A stretch of 63,978 nucleotides of DNA, counting the filler, from Xylographa opegraphella (lineage: Eukaryota), in the NCBI GenBank assembly GCA_022813865.1. It is 3 parts of 3 records of this genome, joined end to end, with 100 filler letters (N's around TTAATTAATTAA, not from the genome) between each part and the next. Parts side by side here need not be neighbours in the genome. Positions count along the whole stretch, not along the records: positions 24,777 to 48,867 come from JALDZX010000128.1; positions 48,968 to 63,978 come from JALDZX010000154.1; 1 more part is not named here. The stretch is one strand, 5' to 3'. The translations under genes were made by a program, and so were the position numbers. The notes under the pieces are model-generated. The model did not search any database. It was not told the origin of the DNA and was given only the letters and a program-made list of their open reading frames with translations. Position 1 is the stretch's first letter. Every line of letters starts with the position of its first letter. Below, piece by piece: positions 37,863-50,230 of this stretch.

Positions 37863-38766
37863 GAATGAGACTGAGTACAAGAAGTACCGTTCAAACTGAA
37901 CGTAGACAGCTAGTCACGCCTATGCCTGCCACTTATTGGATAGGATGTCTACCCAGAAGGGCGAGCGGCTCGAAGGGCGACTACGCTATTGGCCAGTGCT
38001 CGAACTCAGTTTGTGACGGATTGCTTTCAATTGACTGCGAGCACAAGATACGGTGAACACAAAGCTCGAGGACTGAGGCTCTCGGCGACGCAAGAGGTGC
38101 TTTAATAAGATACCTGGAGGTAGGCGCCAGATCTTCCATCATGTCGTGTAATCTTACCACCTGCAGGCTTGGCACAACTTATCCGACACATGCGGCGCGT
38201 GAATAGGTAGCTGCCTTACGAAACGGACCAATAGGGCAATAAGATACATTACACGGATCTGACGCCGCACCGGCGAGGCAACCTGCAGGATATGTTTCGC
38301 TAACGTTGACCTAGGGTCGGTAAGCGAGAGGCAAGGCAAATGATGACTAAACAGACTGCCGTTGTAATGAAACCCAAACATCAAGCCATCTTTGCTTCAT
38401 AAGCCTTGCTCATTTCGGACATAGATACTTGCGCAGGATGGCGATTGGCTGCACCACGGGTTCAGCGAGCGACAACGCCTCTGCGATCGATGCAACCACG
38501 AAAGCTACAGAGAGAGCAAGTATCTACTATCTAGGCCGCCTTGTCCATTTGTTGGATCTTCTACTGCCCTATCTTTATTCATAGCCCAGAACAACTTAAA
38601 TAGCCTTATTGATATTGTTATCCTGAATAGCCTGGCATTTCCGATTCGAGGTCACTGAAACATAACATCCTGTTCAAACACTGGCTGTGTTCTGCTTGCC
38701 ATCACTTCTCTCATTAGGCTATCTTCCAATGGTGACATACTTGACCAGCGAAGCCGTGTTGGTATT

Positions 38767-40200
38767 CTAGACCCATACACGAGTGACAGTAGGCTTTGTT
38801 GCGGACTCCATGGCTGCACTGCTTTCCGATTGTCTGTAGCCATCCTGCGATGGCCAAACCCCGGGCCTCTCAGAAAGCTTGATGAAGTCGCTCTCGTTTG
38901 GATTGCTACGCTCTCTAGCATTTGACTGCTTCACAGAGCCACGACTAGTGCTCTTTGAGAACAGTGATTTAAGCGACGACGGGAGAGTGAAAGGTTGGCG
39001 GAAGATCGCGGCGCAAGCGGGCATGCAAGCACAGATTATGCCTATGTTCATTTCGATAAGTCTGCAATTTGTAAGCATCAATGTGTACAAATGGAGGTGC
39101 AGAACTTGCGTGGTAAATACAAGTCGTGGTGACCACCAAGCATAGTCGGGATCGTGACCCCATAGTGATCTCACAATGATAGAAACCATGCTAGACACGC
39201 AAGCTCTATTCACACGGTTAGTCTGCTCACATCATATGGCTATATAGCAACTTATAGTCGACTTACAAAGTGCCTGTCATGAAGACTGCGATGAGACCGA
39301 GTTTTCTTCTGCTGGAGAGGTGCAGTTTCCAGACAAGCGGTAATGGCAATGCTAGCAAGTACAGGTCGCTGACGAAATTGACTATGCTTGTCGCGATCGC
39401 AATATTGTCGACATTGTTGACGCAGACAGGTGTCGTATACTGTATTATATATGCTTCGCCATTCCTTGGAGCGCAAAGAGCCGCAAAAAGAATTGTGAAT
39501 ACAGTATTGACTAGGAACACGTACCCCATCCCAATATATACGAGTATCCTCATTGCCCGATTCGGCGAAAAGATCCTCAGGTATAGGATCAGGATGGAGA
39601 TCTTGATGAAAAAGATCGTAGGTCCGTATAATTCCGTGTACACGAGCAGCCACTACAGAACTTAATGAGCAACGACTTCGATAACAGGATGAAGCATGAT
39701 TCCCCTAAGGACCGTACTTTGAGACCAGGTTCAAATTTCCCTATCGTTAAATCCCAAGTGTGGGTTTGGTATCCAAAGTTGAGCACTAGAGCAGGTATGA
39801 ATAGCTGAGAACATAACGGTGGACAGGGTTTTCTTACTGTTCACAAATGCCCCGGCGAATGCTATAGAGCCGATCTAAGCGTTGAAATTTAGCCGGAGTA
39901 GTGTCTCGGGTCACATGGGAGTTTAACCACTCCAATTCCGCAAGTATCTGAGTTGCAGTCAGATTAGATCATCTTCAAGATACATAATGGTGATCTCGAC
40001 GTACAATCATCCCAGCCAAGGGAATGCGTGACGAATGCTCTTGAGTAAATTCGCAAGACAAAGAATGGTAGCATCAAGGATAAACATATCGTGACCACGA
40101 TGATTGTCTCGAAGCCTCTGGATTCAGGATTGACATAGTTAGGCAGAACTCCTGGAGGAGGAATAGCTAACGGTGTGTCCGGGCCCAGCGGTATCGACAT
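38767..40200 (-). CDS. PTH11-like fungal rhodopsin-domain GPCR (no CFEM)
   Basis: PPPGVLPNYVNP, LRIYSR...LGWDD, HTWD, KISILILYLRIF, SDLYLLALPLPLVWKL, IEMNIGIICACMP; multiple short exons. Confidence 0.9.
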
Positions 40201-42942
40201 TGAGCAAAATCTCCAGTGACAAAAGGAATAGTCGCTTCAGAGCTTCAGATTTAAGAGACGAACAATTTCATATGAGAGGGAAAGACTTAGAAAACCAGCC
40301 TTGCATTCTATCGTGACAGAATACCGAACAAAAAGAACGCTGGCTCGCACGACCTTTTCTTTCAATCTTACGGACATCCAGCAGCTTGCTCTTACTGCAG
40401 CTGCAACACCAGTGACGCTAGAGCCGTATGCCACGGCGGCATGCAAGTCAATGCAGGCTATTGGACATGCTTTGCAGTGAAAGTGGAATCTAAGCCACGA
40501 GTATGCAGCCGGCAGATCCTTCATCAGGTAGTGATCCGCGAGCTAGTGAGGAATGCGAACACATTGATCAATCTTTCACTGTTTCAAGGCGAACTTGCCT
40601 CAATCTCAGCCGCAAAACGTTGATCAAGCGCAATAATAATCGCACTCATTCCGAGTGATGAATACGCCCTCAGCCGGGAGAAACCTCAATACGGATATTC
40701 GACCGATGAATCCGATTGGAAGTGCGCCAATACTATCCTACACTTGGGTGGAATTATAGCGGCACAACCACGGCGACAGACCTGCAGGCTCACCGCCCGT
40801 ATGGCTGTGTTGATGCCGCAGTAACAATACATGGGTGAGATCGGGCTGACTTCAATGGACCCGCGCCTCTCGGTCGATCGAGGTGGCGCATTTCGTATGA
40901 CTTGCATCAAGAATGCAAAGGTATGTAGGTTATCATACAGATAGGTAGACTATCTAGAACTAGGACATGTCCCAACGCACCCGCTGCTTGTAAATTACGG
41001 TTATTAGGATACATAACCGGGGTCATGGACGCCCCAGCGGAACCACGCTAGTAAAACTTGGCTGCTTTGGTTCGATACAACGTCCTTTGGGTTCCCACGT
41101 ACTTTCCATAACACTTGCCCATCAACATATCCACCTGTGGCATTGTTGTACATATTTATATGCGAGGGCAATTGCCCCATCAGATCCAGCTGGACAAAGC
41201 GAGCGAGCGAGCAACCAAAGGATTACGTGTCCACCGCAACCGCTTTATGCATGTCAGCACTACGGCGAAGGTTGTGTGCTGGATGTTGATGCCGTCAAGT
41301 CTGCAGAAGCTAAGAGCAGAGCTAGGGCAGAAAATGCATACATACCATTTGATCTTCACACCAGTCGCCCCAGCCGCAAGTTAAGCCAAGACCTCAGTGA
41401 CGAAACAGTCCTACATCTTTGATCAGCCATCGTCGTATAGGCGGTGTGGATCACGCCAGCGATAGCGACGGTCAGTCCCGTCGGCTGTCGTAGGTTACCG
41501 TGCTTACCGTTGACCGTTCCTGCCCCTGCTCGAACTCCCATGCCCACGGAAAGCGCCCGCAGCCACAACTTGACTCGAAGAAATATCGGAAGTAGAACAG
41601 CGAAACAGAGAATAGCAGGCAGCAAGCTGAGTCGAGTTGCCTGTATCTGCGATGGTAGAATCGGAAGGTCGAGCGAATTGTTTGAAAAGGAGATATAAGA
41701 CTCCATGACGTAAAGGTCTTTGCTCATAATAAACAGTATGGTCTAGCACGTGAAGTTGTGGAAACCGAAATAACTAAATATGGCAGCTGTGCATATGGTG
41801 CTTTGCAGCTCCACAGCCTACTCGGCAGTCCACTTGACCTCTATTTGTATGAAGAAGCTGGCATAAAGCTTATATTTCGCGCCTTCGAGGTTTGAAACGC
41901 GCTGCCTCTGGAACATAAATACTTCGGGCTGAAATGGATCTACGGTGGTGGCATCCATTGACCAGGCAGTAATTGAGGGCTGGAAGCATCGATATTGGAG
42001 CAAGATCCTAGGCTGGCAGCGTGTCTCTACCAGTCAGCCAGGCTTATGCATCGCCAGCGTTCTGGGAATGAGGGTGTGCAGACCCTCGAACGCTGGAGCG
42101 CAGCACTGTAAGCTGCCCACGCTTCCCACCAATCTGACAGCGATATTACTGTGCATGGTAATGGAGCTAATGGAGCTAGTATCGTGCTCACAGCTAAGAG
42201 GTGGACGGCCGCAGACTAAGCTAGTTCGAACCTTATTCTAACACTCCTTCCATGCAGTCATCTGGCTCTCGCTTCCACCTTTGCCAGCTTGCAGCATCGC
42301 CCTCACTTCCGGGGCTTGGCTGCGTGACTGCTCTCATCATGAAATCCGAGAGATCGGCGATTCTCAACCAATGCGTTTCGGTCAATAGAGGCATTCCGTT
42401 TCCGACTGGACCGGCAACGAAACATGCATTCGTGCAAAGTAGGCTGTCAGAGAGCTCACTTCTGAAGCTTGCGGACCATTCTAACGTACTCTGTACGACT
42501 CCGGCTTCAAACCGGGACAGTCAGCCTGATCGTCAGAAGCTGTAGAAAACTTCGGCACCGAGGTAGCGCATATTATGAATACGTACGACAACGATGCAGC
42601 TCCTGGAGGATGCTGTAATTCATGAAGGCCTCTGGAACGCGGCGCGTCCAAACAACCATTCCCGAAGTCCAGTCCGAATAATTGTTTCGCAAACTGACCA
42701 GACTCTCCTGCTTATGAGTCAAGTTCTCTTTGGCTTTCGGTGCAAATCGATGGAAACAAGATGTGTTTCACTGCTACGCCACTGTCATTGGATCAGAAGC
42801 ATAAGCAACTGGTGTGGCTGGGCTGACAGAGAGTGTGCTGCTTCTATGGGCTACTTAAAGGCTCGAGACAGACAACGGAGGTTGGGCTGTAATGTAATAC
42901 ACTTGACAAGAAAATATTCTGCACTAGCTTTTTTTTGCAATA

Positions 42943-44858
42943 ATGTTTTTTGAAATGTTGCAGCTCTTTTTCGTTAGAGTGTCGGACGATATACTCCTTG
43001 ACGGGTATTTTGTACTAATACTGACTTGTATCTCTATACCTGTGGGACTTCTTCTCTGTTGGCGAGTCTGGATGTTTACTATCCTTCCTGCTTTCAAACC
43101 ACAAGAACCTAAGGAGATTCCATATTGGATTCCGAGTGAGTAGTCGAGCTTCTAAACCGTTGCAGAGTGAAGCTGACTTGTCAAACAGTTTTGGGTATGA
43201 TGAGCCCTGCACGTTGACCTGAAAATATATGTATAAATCGTTGACACCTGCTTAAGGTCATGCCTTGGGCTTTTTCTACGACTTTGGAGGAACTCTGGCT
43301 TTGGGACGGTAAGGCTTCCAGTTTGGTCGTCGTTAAAGCATATAATAATGGAAGGACTTTCAACATATAGGAGATACTTCGGAACCAAAACGTATAAGCT
43401 TACCTTAGGCGGACAGAAGCTCTATATCATGACATCGCCACATGATATTTCCCGTGTATACAAAAATACTGAGGCACTCACATTTGACCATTTCATGCGG
43501 AGCATGTTACTTCAGCTAGGGGCTTCCGCTGGCGCGGTAGAGAAATGGATCCCCAGTTCAGGCCCAAAGATAACTAGCGACGTTCACGGCAATTCAGGAG
43601 ACTTCGGCCATCTCGGTGAAAAGCTCTGCAGACAACAATTATTACCCGGAGAGGAGCTTGAGACGTTACAGGCGGTCCTGCTTGACAACATACATGTATC
43701 GACGCAATGGAGCAAAATATCTGACAAAATAATTCAATCCTTTACCCAGGACACGAAAACCGTATCTTTACTCGGCTGGTGTCGTGAGATTCTTCTGGAT
43801 GCTGCGACACGATCTTTCTTCGATGAATGCCTTGTGAAAATCGACTCACACCTGTACGACAGCTTTTTCATATTCGACGAGTTGAGCTGGAAGCTCCACT
43901 TCAGGTATCCACGGGTCCTCTCTAAGGAGATGTATGCTGCCAAAGACAGGATCATTGATGCCTTGAAAATCTATTTTGAATTACCGAAGAGTGAACGAAA
44001 AGGCGAGTCGTGGTTGATATCCAACTTAGAAACGGCAATGAGGGACGTGGGCATTGAGACTGAAGATGTTGCTGCACTCATCATGCCTCTATATTGGGTG
44101 TACGTTTCTTTCATTCAATGAGCTTGTTGGAGCATGCTTTTTGTGCTTTTTGTGATCTACTTCAAACTCATTCTGCTATTCACTTACGTCGCACAAATCT
44201 GTATGAATGCTAACAAGTCCTGTTTAGGATCAATGCCAATGCGTATAAAAGCTGTTTCTGGACGATGGCACACATTCTTTTCGATCCCGGCCTTCTCGTT
44301 ACCATTCGCAAAGAAGTCGATGCCGTGTTCGCCGAAGGAACTGCCAACTTAGAGGCCAGGCTCGAAAGCTGTCCTATGCTGGAGGCCGTCTATCTCGAAG
44401 CTCTTCGTCTTACAAGTGCCTCGGGTACGATCCGCAACGTCCGACACACCACAGAATTAGGCGACGTGACCCTTCAGCAGGGAACCAATATCGTGGTGCC
44501 GTACCGTCAGCTCCACTACAACGAAACGGTCTTTGGGCCAGAACCCGACCAATTCCACCCCGAACGTTTTCTCCACAACAAAGAGCTAAAACGGAGCCCG
44601 AGTTTCAAGCCGTTCGGCGGCGGTCATACCTACTGCCCCGGCCGCTTCTTGGCGCGTCGAGAAGTCTTGAGTTTCGTGGCTGACCTGATCCATCGCTTCG
44701 ATCTCACGCTGACTTCTGTCGGCACGGGATGTGCAGCAAAAGCGGATACTTCGGGCCAGCGTTTCCCACGGATGAACACGAAGAAGATCGCGTTGGCCCT
44801 TATCGATCCTGTGTTCGGGGATGACTTGTTGGTCGATGTCCGGGAGAGGCAGATCTGA
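42943..44858 (+). CDS. Cytochrome P450, CYP7/CYP8-like (paralog of 36021-37862)
   Basis: EIPYWIPILGH, EALR, FHPERF, PFGGGHTYCPGRFLA; same intron positions as the first P450; micro-exon 43189-43194. Confidence 0.92.
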
Positions 44859-45647
44859 GCTTACTCGGCGGCGTTTGAGTCCGGATCACCTCTTAGAAAG
44901 GTTGATTTGAAGGATACGGGCAGTCAACTTTGGCAGCGAATTATTACTTGTGTTTGTCAACCTGTAACGTCATGGACCCCTTTTCTAAAGTAACTTTAGT
45001 TCTCCAAAAGAATACAAAATGACTTAGCACTCTTCATGATCGCAATTAGTGTTTGCTTTCAACGTTAACGTCCGTACGACCTCATTCATGGCGACTGCAA
45101 AGCTGTGCAGAGTGAGACTTGTCATTTCTGCGCGAGGGAGGGCTTGGACCAAGCACAGACCTGAGTCGTTTGAAGACTCGAGATCCGACACATGACCATC
45201 GATAAGATCTGCACAGGGTCAAAGCCCGGTGTCGGTTCTCTCACCAATGACTTCTTCGAAGCCCTTAGCGTCCGGTCGTGCCCGGCATCCGAGACAGTTC
45301 TAACCTCGAGCGGCTAGCAGTGGCACAAGCTACCTCGGTTCCCGGCGGCCTGCAGCAACGACGACACCAACAGTGACTTCGTCCGGAGTACAAGATGCGG
45401 AGTTCGAAGGATTCCGCGCGGATACCGCCAGTAATTCCGGAAGCTCATTTCGAGCGACGGGTTTCTGGTCGTTCATCCCTCAAATTCATCGCACGAGGTA
45501 GAGTATCGCTCTCACGTTCGCCGTTTACATCTGTTGATTGATTCGTTTCATATAACTTCTGTTCATACGCGACTGTGTCGGTTTATATCTCATCATTGAG
45601 AGGGAGATTGCGCCTCCCTAGCTGGGTTTATTTCACACACGTCAGCA

Positions 45648-47677
45648 ATGCAGAACTACCTACTTGCCCTTGTCTGGGCCGTTGTTGCCTATGTCATCTA
45701 CAGCTTCATCTCCAATATCATCACCGAACGTCGCTACGCCCTTGAGGCCGAACGACTAGGCTGCAAGCAAGCACCTAGGCTGCCTAACCTGTTCCCCTAC
45801 GGCATTGACCGTATCCGCGAGGCCCTACAGGCGGACAAAGCGCAGCAGTTCATGGCGATGATCACAAGGCGATTCGATGCGATGGATGCGCTCACGTTCG
45901 AAACCAAAGTCCTGGGCGTCATCAGTCATATGACGGCGGACCCGAAGAACATCCAAGCCATCCTAGCGACGCAGTTCCATGACTTCGAGCTCGGCCGCAC
46001 CCGTTGCGAGAACTTTCGGCCGCTGCTAGGCAACGGCATTTTCACCACCGACGGCAAGAGCTGGGAGCACTCGCGTGCCATGATGCGCCCGCAGTTCGCG
46101 CGGGACCAGGTCTCCGATTTGGATCTCGAGGAAGAGCACGTCCAGAACATGATGCGTGCCCTCCCTGTCGACGCCGACGGGTGGACGGCAGAAATCGACC
46201 TGCAAGTTCTCTTTTTCCGGCTTACACTTGATTCCGCTTGTGAGTTTCTCTTTGGCGAGTCGCCTGGCTCTCAGATTGCTAGTCTTGACGGTAACTATTC
46301 TGCTCCGTCGCTCAGCAATGGCAGCCATGTGGACGACGCGGAGTTTGCGCACAGCTTCGACCGTGCAAACGGCTGGCTCGTGACCCGTTCCCGCCTGGGA
46401 GACAATTACTGGCTGGTAGACACGGCGGACTTTCGCGCCTGCAACAAGACGTGCCACACCTTCATCGACTACTTCGTCAACCTTGCGCTCAACAAGGACC
46501 TCAAGACGAACTCTCTGAAAAAGGAGAACACAAACGCTACCAAGAAAGACCGGTATATTTTCCTTGAGGCTTTGGTCGGTGAGACTCGCGACCCGATCGA
46601 GCTCCGCTCGCAGCTGCTGAACATCTTGCTCGCCGGCCGCGACACTACCGCCTCGCTGCTCGGCTGGATGTTCTACACGCTCGCGCGGCACCCGGACGTG
46701 TACGCCCGGCTGCGGAGCATCGTGCTCACGGCCTTTGGCACCTACACCGAGACATCCGACCTCACGTACGTCAACCTCAAAAACTGCACCTACTTGCAGC
46801 ACTGCCTCAACGAGGTCCTGCGCTTGTATCCGGTGGTGCCGGTGAACACGCGGCGAGCGGTCCGGGATACCACGCTCCCGCGGGGCGGAGGACCGGACGG
46901 GATGAGCAAGATATTTGTGAGGAAGGACCAGCAAGTGGACTATGCGGTATACGTGATGCATCATCGACCGGCGCTGTGGGGCAACGATGCGGATGAGTTC
47001 AAGCCGGAGAGGTGGGAGGGGAGGAAGATGGGGGTATGTAAAACTTGTTGATTGGAGATCGGGGTGCTTAGGGTGAGAGGCTGATGTGCGTGAGTAGTGG
47101 GAGTATCTGCCTTTTAACGGTGGGCCGAGGATTTGTTTGGGTAAGATGTCGGATTTCTTACTTCGTATTTGCGGCCTTGATGCTTTCTCAATGGGTATAC
47201 GTTATCGCTTGGGTTCAGGGATGAGAAAGTTATTGCTTCACATCGATTCTTCATCACCCTACTTCTCTTGTCGCTCCTCTTCCCCGTCGTTCTTCTATTC
47301 TTGTCGCTTCTCTTCCCCGTCGTTCTTCTTCTTGTCGCTGTTCTTCCTCGTCGTTGTTCTTCCTCGTCGTTGTTCTTCCTCGTCGTTGTTCTTCCTCGTC
47401 GTTCTTCTTCCTCGTCGTTCTTCTTCCCGATCGCATCCCTTCATTATCCCCCCTCTCCCCTTCCCTACCTCTCCCCTCTTCCACGATCCACCTGCCTAAC
47501 CCCCTCCCAGGCCAACAATTCGCCCTCACCGAAGCCTCGTACGTGACCGTGCGCCTGCTGCAGCGCTTCGACATTCTCCAGAATCGGGACCCCGAGCCAG
47601 TGACGAAACACAACCTCACGCTCACCAGCTGCAGCGGCACGGGCGTCAAAGTACGCCTGCACGAGGCGGAGAAGTGA
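45648..47677 (+). CDS. Cytochrome P450, CYP52 clan (alkane/fatty-acid hydroxylase-like)
   Basis: [63 protein letters not shown]; introns 47034-47097 and 47141-47510. Confidence 0.94.
47262..47430 (+). repeat. Degenerate pyrimidine-rich tandem repeat inside the last CYP52 intron
   Basis: Repeated units resembling tcttcctcgtcgttgt. Confidence 0.8.
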
Positions 47678-48596
47678 GCGGTGAGATGGTGGCTCAAGAG
47701 ATGGGATGGGGTTTGATGAGATGTGGACGGGAATGGGGCACGAGGTGGAGGAGAGTGAGAAGGGGAGATTGTAGAGGTAGGGAGCTAGGTGTGGGTGTTT
47801 GGGAGAGGGAGGGTCGATCAGGGATGGTGGAAAAATGGCGGTCGATGGAGTATGCAGATTTTCTCTCCGGAGGATTCACCTGGCAGGAGCAAGGCAGAGG
47901 AGTCTGTCATTCCGTACGAAATATTGTACGGTTCAGAAGCAAAGCCAGCGACGCGAGGTCTCTATATAAATATAGCTACCTAGCTCTCATCCCATCCCAG
48001 CGCTGGGAACCTTCTACTTTCCGTATCTGTGTTCCTTCCGGCTCGGATCTCCGAGTTGGCGATTCGTGTCATCCATTCAGGCATGTTGCAGTGCCTGAAT
48101 ACCTACGTAAGATCGATTAATTTTGCATGGCTTCGCTGTGGCCCATGCCGATGCAGCACCAACTTACCAAGGAGAATAATGGATGGGCTCGAGCGTGGCA
48201 CGATAATCTTACACGGAGAGAGGGGCACAACTGGTTTATTCCCGCGCGGGGCATGTCATTTCTAGCTGACTTGAGTACTTTACTTACTTTAGGTGGGTAA
48301 GGTAGTCTACCTAAGCATCTAAGGGTACCTATTCGAGGACAGCAAATCACCGCCCTATAATAACCCCAGCGCATATCTCAGCACGCGCGCGCGCGTGCCA
48401 CACGGACCCAAAAGCGTCGTCTACCTCACCTCAGCTTACATCGCATTACGTACCGTACCGTACCGTACCTCACCTTCCTCCCGCCAAACCTACCTTTTGT
48501 CTAAACCCCATCCACCATCCCATCCCAAATTCAACTATCACCATCCCCCTTCCCCATCCCCTCAAAACCAAAAAACCAACACCAAAACAAAACCAA

Positions 48597-48834
48597 ATGC
48601 CCCCCACCCGCCGCTACATCCGCCTCACCGCCACCTCCGCGATCGAAGCCCGGCTCTACCTCGACGATCCAGCCGACGCCCCACGCTGGCTGCTCGCGCC
48701 GCGGGCGCCGGCGCTGCCGCGCGTCCTTGCCGCGGTGAGACCGCTCGTGCTGCCGAAATTGCGGGAGGAGACGGAGCGGGCGAAGGGGAAGGGAGGGAAG
48801 GGGAGGAGGGGGGTGAGGGATGTTGTGAGGGGTG
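48597..48834 (+). CDS. First exon of a conserved fungal hypothetical protein, truncated by the assembly gap
   Basis: MPPTRRYIRLT...EARLYLDDP...WLL.PR.P.LPRVL.AVRPLVLPKLREE; GTGAGT donor at ~48835, then N-run. Confidence 0.7.
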
Positions 48835-48867
48835 GTGAGTGGGTTTGTGCTTTGAGGGTGGGGGGGG

Positions 48868-48967
48868 NNNNNNNNNNNNNNNNNNNNNNNNNNNNNNNNN
48901 NNNNNNNNNNNTTAATTAATTAANNNNNNNNNNNNNNNNNNNNNNNNNNNNNNNNNNNNNNNNNNNN
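48868..48967. other. Artificial assembly spacer (44 N + TTAATTAATTAA + 44 N)
   Basis: Same 100-bp construct as at 24677; a further plain 180-N gap lies at 49082-49261. Confidence 0.95.
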
Positions 48968-49261
48968 GTCGCAGCTAGGTCAAGTCTTTTCTGAATAAGG
49001 TCACTATCCGTCCGACAGAGAGTGAAAAGAACAAAAAACGAATTAACTGCCGTTGTGGCTCTGCTGCTCTATCGCTATATGNNNNNNNNNNNNNNNNNNN
49101 NNNNNNNNNNNNNNNNNNNNNNNNNNNNNNNNNNNNNNNNNNNNNNNNNNNNNNNNNNNNNNNNNNNNNNNNNNNNNNNNNNNNNNNNNNNNNNNNNNNN
49201 NNNNNNNNNNNNNNNNNNNNNNNNNNNNNNNNNNNNNNNNNNNNNNNNNNNNNNNNNNNNN

Positions 49262-49421
49262 AATTTTTTAATTTTTTAATTTTTTAATTTTTTAATTTTT
49301 TAATTTTTTAATTTTTTAATTTTTTAATTTTTTAATTTTTTAATTTTTTAATTTTTTAATTTTTTAATTTTTTAATTTTTTAATTTTTTAATTTTTTAAT
49401 TTTTTAATTTTTTAATTTTTT
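49262..49421 (+). repeat. (AATTTTTT)20 tandem repeat
   Basis: 20 perfect octamer copies directly after the N gap. Confidence 0.9.
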
Positions 49422-50230
49422 AAAGAATTAAAGAATATTTTATTGAATATATTAAATGTACTAAATGCGTAAAAAAATATAAAATATTCAAAAATTAAAA
49501 ATTTTGTGCTGTTTTTACTAGTTTGTTCAATAATTAAAAAATAATTTTTGATCGAAATTTTCTCTTTCTTTTTTGCTGATATCGTAACAATTAATAAATA
49601 AATATAAATATACAGTATAACGTAATCGCAATGATAAATATACGTTTATAAATTAAAAAATGATTAAAATTTTTATTTATATAATTTGTAAATAAATTCC
49701 TTGATAAATTAATTAAAGTTTATATTACGAAAATATATAAATATAAATATTTTTATTGATTCTGAATCGATTTCAACAAAAATATTATAATCGATTATAA
49801 TTACAAAAGAAATAATTATAATCGAATATACTCGATTTTCATCAGCAAAAAGGAAAAACGACTATTCGATTAAAAAATATATTTTTTGCGTAAAAAATAA
49901 ATCTGCAGAAATAGTACAAAGTTTTTAATTTTTGTATATTTTTTACGTATTTAACACGTTTAGCACGTTCAGCAATTTTTTTATTAAATTAAAAATTAAA
50001 TAAAATACGTTTCAAAATAACTAATTCGTTTAAAAAATATATTTTAAAATTACTAAAAATAGATAAAAATTGAATAAACAAAAAATATTCTTTAAATCCC
50101 TTTAAGCAGGCTTTTTGCTAAATTTATATAAATAATATAAATACGTAAATAAATCAATTTTACGTAAAAAAATTCAAGTTTACGCAAAAGATATGCTTTT
50201 TGATCGGCCTGTAAAACCTTGAATTTTAAG
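49422..50230. mobile_element. AT-rich RIP-like degenerate transposon relic, family not identifiable
   Basis: Very high AT, residual CpG, no long ORF, sharp return to normal GC near 50230. Confidence 0.6.

Noticed and set aside
46026..46964. 312-aa minus-strand ORF
   Set aside because: Antisense shadow of the CYP52 exon.
36021..47677. Classical secondary-metabolite cluster or Starship element
   Set aside because: No backbone synthase, no tyrosine-recombinase captain and no element termini are visible in the window.
47137..48120. Low-complexity ORFs around the CYP52 3' end
   Set aside because: Produced by the intronic simple repeat and a purine-rich 3' flank.
49262..49421. (AATTTTTT)20 as a telomere or functional satellite
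   Set aside because: No G-rich strand, internal position, abuts a gap; likely an eroded repeat or gap-edge artefact.
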